Positions 10,856 through 23,000 of a stretch of DNA of 64,000 bases are shown here, piece by piece (the first letter of the stretch is position 1; every line of letters begins with the position of its first letter). A model generated the notes under the pieces. It was not told the DNA's origin and did not search any database. It worked only from the letters and a program-made list of their open reading frames with translations. The position numbers and the translations under genes were made by a program. The stretch lies in assembly GCF_032062105.1 (NCBI RefSeq), contig NW_026925910.1, positions 124,001-188,000 on the forward strand. Reading direction: 5' to 3'. The stretch comes from Saccostrea cucullata (Eukaryota).

Positions 10856-13800
10856 ATGAGTTTCAGCTTAACTATTCTGTGTGCTGTCGTGTTACTTTTT
10901 GGTCTCAGTGATGGTGCATGCAAACATACACCTGCTGAATTCCGTATTGACAGAGGTAAGGAAGATATTTCTTCTGATTTTTTTTCTGGAGTAGTGTCAT
11001 TTCTGACATAATTTATTTTATCAAATAAACTCTGCAATATGACTACTTTGCAGAGTTTATTTGATAAAATAAATTATGTTAGAAAGGACAGTAGCAAACT
11101 GTAGGAGAAAATTCTCAATTTTTTCCAGGCAAGGCAATATATACGATAGAGCACAAAATAAGCAGATAAAATGTTATCAACTGATCCAAATGGAAAACAA
11201 AGGATGTATTTGTTTTTTTTTTTTAAATAACTTTTTTTTTTCATTTTTACTCTTAATTTTTTCTCTGTAATGTTAAAGCAGAACCTCATATTTTCAGGTA
11301 GCTTTTTGATGTGTGTGCTAATATCTATTGAGAAAACCCTATCATTGTGCTTGAAGATAACTTTCAAATAAAACACCATGCATAATTGTCATACATTAAA
11401 ATAAAAAAATTATTTAAATCCATAACATGTTATCCACAAAAGTGTGAAGATAATTCTTAGGTTTATCAATAGGCGAAAATTCAGCTATCACAAACCCCCT
11501 AAAAGGTAAACATTCCTTACTGTAAATATATTATCGAATCTGTAAATTGAATGAAACTTTCGTTAATTTTTCTTCAAATGTGTCATATTACAAAAAGTCA
11601 ACGGCCGAACTGAATTTTAAACTATTTTTCGATAATGTATGTAGTAATTATTCATTTTTAGTAATAAAACCAAGTCATTCGAACTATACCGAATTGTCAT
11701 CCTCGAACAGAATAATAGCGTGCCGTGTTTCAGTTTGTAAAGTGGCCAGATATCATCCTTAATTTTTATGATCCAAATACTTAAAAAACAGAAATGGTTC
11801 ATTATTTAATGGAAACTAACCTAACAAAATAATAACAATGCTCTATAGATACTGAGTATCGAATAAAAGACGATAACTTAGAAGTATACATGAAAATGCC
11901 GTTGAAATAAAATTTTCAAACTAAGGTTTATTTTAATTCTTTTTTACAATGTAGTTTGTTCATAAAAATGTTCATTAATTCAGTTTTTTGTTGTTTATCT
12001 CGAAATGGCACTGTGCAGAATGAAATTATTAAAAAGAAAATAGAAAAAAAGGAATATTTCTTTATTTGAAGATGTTACGCCTCGTACATTCTAGTAGTTG
12101 CTCTTTCAGAAACTGCATGCATTAGAATACTTTATCAATAAAAAAGGAAAAGGTACCCACTGTATAATTTAAGGTTTTGTTGTCTACTGCATGTATTTTG
12201 AACAGAAAAGAAGTTTCGTTGGAATTCAAGATTTAGAAAGCTAGTCAAAGTAGCAACTGCATGAAAACAGTTCCTTATATATTGTTGTTTTATTTTTTAG
12301 TTTAAAATTTTTAAGTTTGGTAGGTGACATATGTCCCTCCCACAATTCAATATTTTTTAATAAAAATCCCACCATACTCTTCTCTTGAAAATCCTACATC
12401 TGCCCTGGTAATCCCACAGAATTCTCATACAAAAATCAAAATGTAATACATTTCAATATTCATGAACTGTTTGATTGTGAAAACAAAGAATATATTTGGG
12501 ATAACAAACATTTTCTTCGTATTATAAATAATAATTGATATTATAGTTTTTGTATTTTGTTTTTGGAAAATAATTCACATTAACTTATACGGAAAACTTA
12601 TGTTTTGCGCGGTTGCAATACATGTATATAACGTTACGTAATGTAACGTAACAAGGAAATGAAAAGGTATTTTTTTTAATATCATATGAGACAAAGATGA
12701 GGCAAATTAATACTGAAGATTGATAAAAATTTTATTATTATTGATATTTGCACCTGTAATTTAAAAAAAATATGTATAGCACATTCCTCTGTAATTTAAC
12801 ATGGGTTGATCTGATCTGTTTTTCCGAGGAGAAGGATGTGTTGTGGAAAATATGCTATCTTCTCAAAACATTTGTTCTGAGTGTTTAGAATATTGATAGG
12901 AATGGAGTAAACGATCATCCTTCAAACTTACTTTTATTTTAAGGGAAAAAAAGAAATGACGACATTGGTGACATTTCACAGCCGAGTGCATGCGCACCGC
13001 ATATTATTTTTTCTTCTTTTTTTGTAAATTATGTGCCCATTCCCTTATATTGTCCGCATGATGTAATATTTGCATATTCATCTCGATAATTCATTTATAT
13101 TCTATTGCATTAATTTCCATGAGCATTCTTGGGGATGATGTATCTTTTCTAACAACAAACAACATTAACATATTTCAAAGATAATTTCAACACCTCTGGT
13201 GAGGAAAGTGTAACCAAGACCCGAAAAATTGACTTTTTATTGTGTAACTAGCAACATATTGTAAATTCTTCATCAATCTTAAAATGCCAAACTTTGACCC
13301 ATTATAATACTAAGCAATCTTTAAATTAAAAATAAATCACCTCATTTACAAATCATGACAAACTTTGTCTCCATGGCTTACTGAAGAGAAACATTACATT
13401 CAATCAAAATCTTGGCTTTCTTTTTGAAGTTTCTATTTCTGGACAAATTGTTCGACTCGACCCTATTTTTGCGAGAATATAGCTATAATAATATTTCCAT
13501 TTCTAACTTTTTTTTCTCTGTGATAACTCTGTGAAAGTTATATAGCGGAGTTGTTTTCTTGATAATTCTTCCGGAATGTAAATTAGGCAGGTCGATAGGT
13601 CAGGAGCTAAGGAGGTCTAATATGCATGCAAATCTCGTGCGCATCTGTCACTGTGTCTGACGCTAAGGAGGCCAAATATGCATGTAAATCTCGTGCGGCT
13701 GCCTTTGTGTTTGACATTGAAATTGGCAGGGAAGTCCTCGTGTAATTTAAATCTCTGACTACATTTTTAAAATCTAAATCTACATTTTTATTTCACAATG

Positions 13801-15463
13801 AAATGGAAATATAAAGAATCACTGTCTAGTTAGTATAGTATGCCAGGGACATCAACGATAGTGGGAAACATGGGATAATTTATGCATAACGGGCTTCGAC
13901 CGTTATGCAAATTATCCAATGTTTCCCACTATCGTTGATGCCCTTGCATACTGTTCTAACTAGACAGTGATTCCTTAAATATACTGGTGTAATTACAAAT
14001 GCATGTATATACTGAAAACATGCCGACCGGTCACACCCGCCGTGTGCACTTTGACACGAGTGGACAAACAAAAAAAATCCGTTGACAATTGAGTGTGTAA
14101 AAAAAGTCTAACGATAATTATTGCAAAGCGTCAGTCAATACTCAACTGAATGGTAGACAGTCAGTAGGTGCTGACAAGGTCATTGTATCGACCGCAGAAC
14201 TTATGAAATGATGAATTTAAACGAGACTCTTATATCCTTATTTCATCAACTTGTTTATCAATAGCTTGTCTCGTTTAAGAAATTGTTCGTAGGTAGAGCA
14301 TGCTCTTGCGAATCCATTCAACATAAGACATAAACTTTATGCAGCTAGGTGATAAGGGTTTATTAGGCCAGTTGTCGATATTAACGTCGAATTTAGAACG
14401 CTTGTCATAAAGGTTGTTGCTAGATTACCATAAACGTTAATAAGTAACAGATATGTCAGACTCTGTGGTATCTTTTATTTATAGGGATTCCGATATACCG
14501 GGTATATCGAGTTAAAATCTATAAAAGGAACTTGTTAATTGAAAATATATACGTCGTCTTTTTATCTTTTTTCCTCATGCATTTTGAATAATTCTGCTTT
14601 TTATGATTACAAATTTAAAGTCTGCTAAGAACGCAGTTCGGGGGTACAGTGTATATTACATGAACTTATTTGAGACAATTGAATATGCAGAATTGCATGG
14701 AACTTAAAATTATTTGAAAACATGATATACATGTACCGGTATTCTTAAGAATGCTAATTTGTCCTTTTATAAATAAAATTTGGTAAAAGATAAAAACGAA
14801 TATTTCTATTTTGATTACTTTTTTTCAGCCAGGAATGAGTTTGTTGTCTTTTGTTCACACCGAGGGGTAGAATGGTCCCGTGGTTTGGTACATTTTGATG
14901 AACACTGTGAGAGATGCTACTGTAGCGGATTTGTCAAGCAGTGTTGCGAGTAAGTACCTCATCAAAGAGAAATTCTTCTGTATCAGAGGTAGAATTTAAT
15001 TAAGATGACAATTTATTGAAAACTGGACGATATTAAACTTACGCTAAATTTCTATTAATTTCAGACGTAATGATTAATTTTCCTTTATTTTGTCTCTCAA
15101 TCATCAACTTTAATTCAGTCTACTAACATAATTCTTAAAAGTGGACACAGATTCAAATCTGGACATGTACTTTAAATAAACTCCGAAAATGCTTTATTTC
15201 CTTTACAAGCACTTCCGAAAATATACTGTGTACAACATATTGCCAGAATTACATTAGATATGTTAATTTCTTATACTTAAAAAATAATTTCATCTGTTTT
15301 TCTCTCTCCTATTTGTAGAGCTCGTGAGGTAGCGGGAGTTACAACGATCCCCGGATGTGTACAAGAGATGCGCGGATGTAAAATGGAGTTCTACAGATAC
15401 ATGTATGGCATTAAAATAAACTGTCGTACAGGCCAACCTTTTGAGGATATAATTGGTTATTGA
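10856..15463 (+). CDS. Beta-microseminoprotein (PSP94/MSMB)-like secreted cysteine-rich protein, copy 1 (121 aa)
   Basis: Exons 10856-10955, 14829-14949 and 15319-15463, phases 1 and 2. Signal peptide MSFSLTILCAVVLLFGLSDG-AC; 10 mature Cys in the pattern C..C..W..CxxCxC..CC..C..C..C; AATAAA at 15523. Confidence 0.85.
11000..11085. repeat. Near-perfect inverted repeat (38-bp arms, 10-nt spacer)
   Basis: TTTCTGACATAATTTATTTTATCAAATAAACTCTGCAA / TTGCAGAGTTTATTTGATAAAATAAATTATGTTAGAAA, one mismatch. Confidence 0.9.
13606..13716. repeat. Tandem duplication of a ~55-bp unit
   Basis: GCTAAGGAGG..AATATGCATG.AAATCTCGTGCG...TGTGT.TGAC occurs twice. Confidence 0.75.
13814..13976. repeat. ~160-bp palindrome, probable terminus of a non-autonomous element
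   Basis: GAATCACTGTCTAGTTAG...CTAACTAGACAGTGATTC arms; apex GGGCTTCGACC. Confidence 0.8.
14020..14512 (-). mobile_element. Penelope-like retroelement 3' fragment
   Basis: GACCGGTCACACCCGCCGTG motif and decayed RT C-terminal sequence, similar to the copies at about 42-43 kb and 45.4-46.5 kb. Confidence 0.55.
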
Positions 15464-16229
15464 AAAAAACTCTTCTGTGGTATATTTTCATCTTTTTTAA
15501 TTGTTTATACATTTTGTTATAGAATAAAGTTGATATTTGACTACTTAACTGCTTTACTTATGTTTGTATTAGTTTCAAAGTCCACCCAAAAACCTGACTA
15601 TTTGAACATTATGGGTGTTTTGGTGGGAGAGAAAGAGAGAGATAATTTCAAGTCTTTGGCGCCAAAAATCGTCATGGCTCATTATGACGTCACTGCATTG
15701 TGACGTATCATTACCTTGAGCAAGGTGTGATAACTTATCCAGATTTCCAAGAAATAATCTTTTTGTGCTATATAAACTTTTTTTAAAGAATAAAATACTT
15801 TTAAATACATTTATTGGTGTTTCTCACCTAGATTAGTAATTTAAAAAATGTATCCTTGATTTCAGAGGTATGAAAATTAAATAATGAAACGATTTGATTT
15901 TCACTGCTATATAAAAATTTGTTGCTTTTTGGAAACATTTAATTCATTTTGTCACTCTACAACAATTAATGTATAAAACTGAATAAAAACTTTTAAAATA
16001 AAAAATAAATAAGAAGACAGCTGAAATTTATTTGCACTCCTTTCGCAATCATTAATATGCACTTTTCTCTTTTTTCTTGATGAATTGCGCAAACATGTTA
16101 CATGAAAGATTTACCGTAAAGGTTAGAAGAGACGGATGGCGAGACATGCATCAAGGAGAGCAGAGGATCAATAGCTGCTGTTTTAAAAGAGACCTTAACC
16201 ACGAGGCCTCTTCTGAGGAGGTCTGAGAA

Positions 16230-18501
16230 ATGAACTCACTAAGTTTCAGCTTGTTGGTGCTCTGTACAGTGTCATTATTTTTCTGGCACACTGATGGCGC
16301 ATGTAGGTTCTGGATGAAGAGGATTCAATTCGGCACAGGTAAGACGTATTCCTAGCACTTCTCTAGATATTACAAGGTTGTAATAATAAAATAAATAAAT
16401 AATAATAATTTTTGGCTGTCATATGTTTATGGTTTCCTGGAAATGAACCTTAGCTTTTAAAGGACGCGATTCTCTAAAAATAATAATTATAATAATATAT
16501 ATTTAAGGCTAAAAAGCAACAAATGAAAAAAAAATCACTCAAAACAATGTACTACCAAGGCACTTTTATATTCAGCGCAAAATATGATTCATTTAGAGGT
16601 AAGAATGAAAAAGGCTAATGAAAATTAAAATCCATCCATAAGGCATGAGAGCAGATGCAGAAATTTTTTTTTCTTCTTTTTTTTTTCATTTTATACCTGA
16701 GGCTGAAGCACATGAGTAAGCAATATTGAGTACCCATGATAAACATTGTTAATCTTTAACAATAACTTACGACCAAGAAAACCGCATGGATTAAAATAAA
16801 CCTTGTTAACTGTACTTGAATTTTGTTTTTTACTTGGCAATCAGTTTTTCTTTCTTTCTTTTTTTTTTACGAAACGCTTACTACTGTAGAGCAGAAAGGG
16901 AAGTTTTACTGTTCGTATCGTGGAGAAAAATGGTCAAATGGAGTGATGTTGTTCCCTGAAGTATGCGAAGGGTGTGAATGTAGAGGCAACATGATGATAT
17001 GCTGCGAGTGAGTACAATAGCAGGATCTTTGGTAACAATGGCCGAAATATTTTGTAACCATGATCATTAAAACTATTCGTAAAAAGTTGTTAATCTATTT
17101 GTATGATGATGTATTTGATTAATAAGGTCAGGACAAATTTCCATAATTTAACAGAAGGACCCCAACAAATAATCTTCCTTAAAATTAATTCTTCAATTAA
17201 ATAAAATATAATAATTTCTTATCTTCAATTTTCCAGTGTAATCGCCTTTAAAATAGATATCATACTTCTACTTATATAAAATTATTTAATGTTTTGTAAA
17301 CGAAAAATCAAACACACATATTCTTAATCTGTACCGAATTTTGATCAGTATTTTCCTTTTAATCTAACGATTTTATTATATATATATATATTATTTTTGT
17401 AGTGTGATTTCTGGTTATTTCTTATATTGCGACATTGCATCGTATTGAATTGATTGATTGATTGTATACTGTTTAACGTCCTCTCGAAAATTTTTCACTC
17501 ATATGGAGACGCCACCACTTGCCGGTGGAGAGCTGCTTTGTCCTATACTCGGCACTGAGGACCATTGGGCAGGGAGGAATCTTTTTCGTGTCAGCACCTA
17601 CTGCGACACGTGACCTTGGTTTATACGGTCTCATCCGAAGGACCGGTCTCCACGTCCCACAAAAGAGATTCGAACCCGCGACGTAAGGATCAACTCCTTA
17701 CTTCCCGACTCTAGAGCAGACGCTCTAACCACTGCTCCACGCAGGCGACGTACGCGTATCGAATTGAAAGGACGACGAAATAAGATGGAAGGGGGGAGGG
17801 GGGTAAATTATACAGACTACCTTATTTTGAAGAACGTGAATTTCAAGTGATCTTATCGGATGATTTCTAATTGTTGTTTTTTGTTCTTTTTTATTCCAAC
17901 TAAACTTGTTTGAGGATGATAATCGATTTGTTATGTACATGATACTTAAGCAAATGTAATTTATTCCTTGGTATCATAATGGCAAATATCTAAAACATCG
18001 GTAGGAAGTCTACATTAAGAAATCTTACCGTACTCTCAGAAAGTGGTGGAAATTTGGCTCTAGTTTATAGATCCCTTTGGGGGGGGGGGCATATTTAATC
18101 ATAGCATCTTATTTCAGTTAAAGAAATCGCTTTTCTTTTTGTGCAAACTACATGCATTAATTAGACTACATCTTCCTGTAGCTATCATCCATCTCACTTT
18201 CATGTATCAGAGTTTCATTAGAATTTCCAAAGAATGATACTGAAAAGATCTTACAGTGGCTATATGACTATCTTAAGCCTTCCCTGATTAAACAATCCTG
18301 ATTTAATTCCTTTATACCATGTCATAAAGATGGTGTTATTTTTTAATCCCTAGCATTGGTACTGCTGCAAATGCCGGGGAATACGAGGGCTGTACCAAGG
18401 TGAGCCGAAAATGTGAAGTCCGCTACTACAAGATGGTGAACGGACAGAAGTTGGACTGCTTCTCTGATCTACCATTTGACGAGAACTTCTGGCTTAAATA
18501 A
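16230..18501 (+). CDS. Beta-microseminoprotein (PSP94/MSMB)-like secreted cysteine-rich protein, copy 2 (124 aa)
   Basis: Exons 16230-16338, 16890-17007 and 18354-18501 with the same intron phases as copy 1. Signal peptide MNSLSFSLLVLCTVSLFFWHTDG-AC; same 10-Cys spacing. Confidence 0.85.
17450..17749 (-). mobile_element. tRNA-derived SINE
   Basis: Minus-strand A box (GTGGTTAGAGCGTC) and B box (GGTTCGAATC) with a (CAAT)n tail. Near-identical family member at 30100-30414. Confidence 0.8.
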
Positions 18502-20037
18502 ATATGATGAAGCCTTTTTGTTGTATTCTAAATATTTTTGCAATTTGAAGTAGATACAATGAAAATTACAAAGCATTTGTTCTTTGATTGTAAGAATTTA
18601 CCTAAAGCTATTCTCCTGATTTAACACTAACATTAAACATAACGTCCTTTCAATCATAGTTTTTGATGTCTGTTTTGAAAAACATTTTATTCTATTAAAA
18701 CTAATGTACACTACTAAAAAAATCGAGCTGATCAATGATTTTAAAAAAGTTTATTTCTGAAAAATAAATTTTGTCACCTAGACATTCATAACAAAACCGG
18801 TATGTATTGCTTACATAGCAAACAACAGTTACTGTACATTCATTCTTCATAAAAAAGACATTACGGCTACATTGCGAAACAATGAAAAAAATGACTAATG
18901 GCCATTCTGGAGTGAATGGCATGATCAAATGTTCATACTCCATACAAGTACACCAATAAATGGATCAAGACTTCAGTATGTACATGGATTTATCAGATTA
19001 AAGCTATTTTTGAAGAACTATTGCAAGTGTCACAACAGTATTCAATTTTGCTATATATTCTTACCAAAAATGTGCAACTCTGAGTAGGTGGTATTCATTG
19101 AAAACAAACTTTTGAGAAGTTTCCTTTTCAGATCTTGTAGAACAATTTTTTATAAAGATTTTAGTACCAAAAAATACACAGCCACCCAGCTAGGCACGCA
19201 AGTTTGTTTTGTTCAAAGTTAAGCAGTGCTTGAAAATCAAGTCCAGGACCTAATCGCTCCCAACTCAAATATAGTAGATAGAAAAATCAGCCCTAAATGA
19301 TAATGAATCTGGTCAATACAGGAAGTTAACATATTTGTTTTTCATCCCATAAAACAATTCAGTCTCATGCCAAAATATCAAAATCAAAGGGGGGGGGGAT
19401 TCAGGAATTTTGCGTCAGTCATGATGATCAAGTGTAATAACTGTAATGACACCCCCATGGTCTCATGATTTATGTACATATGTAGCAGAAAAAAACAAAT
19501 GAAACATCTAACAGACAACAAGGCCTACAGTGAGCAAATTAATACCTTGTTATCTGGAACCATATGGAGCAAAACAATTTTTTTTAAATACAGTCATACT
19601 TGTCTAATATGAACACAGCTGGTTCCACAAAAATACATGTAGACTGGATTAGACAAAATTAAAGATCAGACATATCTACCAACTGAATTTACTAAAAGTT
19701 ATCTCTATATTCAGCAAGATTTCGGAATACACAACACCTGGATTAGTCTATTTGACAAGCTTCTCTGTATCTGAATGCAACATGAAATGAATAACTAGTG
19801 TAGATGATTGATTGAACACTCATAGATGGATGAATGGACATTTACTGTTTCACAATCCAGCCAAAATAAAGAAATATCAAATACATCACAGTATTATCGT
19901 CTCATTGAATGCGTGCCAGTCTTTCAGGTCAATTCTACTACAGCTAGCCCAGATACAAATAATCTGCTGTCAGGAAAACATGATTTTAAACAAGCCTGGA
20001 TCTCCAAATTCACGATAAAATAATTTGAATCTTTTGG

Positions 20038-23000
20038 TCAGTTACCCAGCTGCAGCATCTGGAGATGTTTCTGAACATCTGTAAAATGTAACAATGTTTG
20101 TTTTAAGATTGTTATTTATTTATTTCTATAAAATTAATACATCTTACAAATTGCATTATATGCAGTGGGACAGTATATTTCCATGTAGAACCACAGATGA
20201 CTCTACTTACCCATTCCTGGAGGAGCATAACCTCTGCCTTTAGGAAGTTTCAGCGTCGGATCAACAGTTCCCATGATTCCTCTTCCTCTTCCAGTGACTT
20301 CTGAAAGACAAACACAACTCTCCATCAATTACTCTATAAAAGATTTATATTTCATGGCCCTTAACTAGTATTTCTTGAAAACATTTTAAGAAAGTCTTAC
20401 TGAACTGTGTTAGTATGTCACAGTATCTATTACAGTTATAATACAATATATAATATGTATAATACAATTGTTTGTTTGTTGTTTAACATTCTTCTTGAGA
20501 ATTCTTTACACAATTGGTGATCAAACACTTGCCAGTGGCCGGCTGCAAATTTCGAACTGTACTTGACACTCAGGGCCATTGAGCAGTGCAAGAACTTTTT
20601 GATGCCAGTATCCATTGCAACACAGGATATCAGTTTATACAGTCTCATCTGAATGACCTGTCTTTTTGTCCCACAGTGGGATTCAACCTATTGACATAAA
20701 GATAACCTGCTGGTTATTTTTTGCTGGTGGAATAACTAACTTCTCTGGGGTGGAGCAGTGAACTTGTTGCTTATTTGTTGCTTCAGGGGAGCAGTTAACC
20801 TGCTGGTTATTTGTTGCTGTGCAATTACTAACCTCTCTGATGTACAGCAGTTAACCTGCTGGTTATTTATTTCCACGGAATTACTAACCTCTCTGAAGTG
20901 GAGCAGTTAACCTGCTAATTATCTGTTGCTGTGAAATAACTAACCTCTCTGAGGGGAGCAATTAATTAACCTACTAATTATTCGTTGCTGTGGAATTACT
21001 AACCTCTCTGAGGGGGAGCAGTTAACCTGCTGGGTATTTGTTGCTGCGGAATTTGTGGCCTGACTGGAGGTTCCATTGCCTTAAACCCTGGGGGTACAGT
21101 AGAGGCTGGTCCCCTAGGGGCTTGAATGTTTTGTAGACTTTGTGATATACTGTTTAACGTCTAGAACAAAGAAGGAGCCATTGTCTAATTAAATTCCATA
21201 AAATAAACTTCAGTAGTGAAAATTCAATAATTTTACATTCAATTCTTTTAATCAGAAGTTATCAAACAGCTTTAGAAAGAAAGCTTTTTGAAATGAACAA
21301 GCTATACTGCATTCTGAGAAATGGAATCAAATGCAAAACAATATCTTCACCTTTCAAAGACTTTTACACGATATTTCACATCATTTTAAAACAAATATCA
21401 ATTCTTACTGGTTTGGGGGATTCCTCTTTAACCCAAGCTGCTGGAGGAACAGGAGCTGAACTGGGATCTGGGGCCATAGCTCGCCCTGCAAACTTCTGTC
21501 CTGCTGTTGATATAAGAAGTGTTATGAGTAAAACTTGCAGTGCTTTACATTTGCATTTGATTTTCCTTTCAATCTTTTTCTTCAATTTTCAAACCAAAAA
21601 CATAAAATTTGATGAACATCTTTTCTTGTTTTCATACCTGGCTGCTGGACATGACTTAGAGGAACTCCTCTCCCAATGCCCACTCCTTGTAATCCGCTCC
21701 CCCTTCCAAGGCCTGGAAAATCCCCAGCACCGGAGGTAAACCCTACAGCAGTGGCACCTGCTACACCTCCCATACCACGGCCCAGTGAGGGAAACTCTGT
21801 CTGGGTAGCTGTAGGGGGTGGAGGTTTGGAGGGAATAGGGGTCCCAGACCACATGCCTCGTCCCATATTTGCTGCTTTAGGCTTTTGCTGTTCTGCCCAT
21901 GGATCTCTGGGTGCTGGTGCCATATTTACTATTCAAAATATATCAAAGGTTATGTACTTCTTAATCTATGAATGTTGTTATAATGTTCAAAGTTCAAAAG
22001 TAATCAATGAGATCGAGTTGAACTTTATGCAGCTGAACATAGTGAATTTGTCTGATGACAACAGAAATGTTTTACCTGGGAGATGAGGACGTCTAAGGGA
22101 GGTCATAGACTGATTGTCATCATCACTCTCATCTGAACTTTCATCTTTAAAATTCTTCTGGAAGAGAGTGTAGTATTATTATTTAAACAATAAAATGCTT
22201 TCTTTGTTTGTTATTACTGGAATTAACGGAAGCAGCTGTTGCAGAAAAATTACATAACCAGAAATAACGAACAAAGAAAGACATTTTATTGTTTATATTT
22301 ACATCTGTTTAAATAATCATTTAAAGTAGGATTAAAAAGATTAATTATTGTACATGTATTAATGATGCGAACATCTTTATACGTTTCATTGATGGAACAG
22401 CCACTGATCAAGAAATCTGAACAGGCGACATGCCTACTGTAGTTCATGCAGTGATTAATGTAATGGGTTTTCTTAAGAAATACGAGGGGCTATCAAAAAG
22501 TTTGTAGACTAGCGCCATAAAATTAAAACCGCTTTAGGTACATCAATGAATTTTAAAATACTTAGTTATCATCATCTTTTCTATCTATAGAATAAACCAC
22601 AAATCATAAATTTGATTTTTAAATACATCAGTAAAGTTTTTGTAAGCAATCCTATGTCAAGGCGGTGCAGCCTCGAAAACCACGTTTTTCGACCTAAATG
22701 TAACTAAGATAAACTATTTTGATATGAACATTTGACATCCAAAAATCCTGTTAATTCAGGTATGTGTTGGGACACTATTGTTCCGTAAAATATGGAATTT
22801 TTACCTCATTCTGGAAGTTCTATGAAATTTTATTGTAAATTTTACATGGAGTATCCAAACAAATATTGCCTTGAAAATGACGCCAAAAGGGGGGAGGAGT
22901 TTCATTTTTCAACATTCTATAAAGTTTTGCCCCTGGGATAACTGGTATACACCTAGGAAATGTTTAAACTGGCTACGGAGAAATAATTTGCATCCAGATT

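Noticed and set aside
10843-11037. 64-aa minus-strand ORF as an upstream BBX exon
   Set aside because: It is the antisense shadow of the MSMB-like signal-peptide exon on the plus strand.
17690-17749. tRNA gene
   Set aside because: The A/B boxes belong to a SINE head, and no complete cloverleaf can be formed.
21004-21027. Donor at 21027 (AG|GTTAAC) as the end of mael exon 13
   Set aside because: It gives phase 2 and an early stop in exon 14. The 21004 donor (G|GTTAGT) fits the consensus better and preserves the GRGRG frame.
20703-21054. CRISPR-like repeat array
   Set aside because: The units are contiguous degenerate tandem copies without unique spacers, in a eukaryotic intron with no cas genes.
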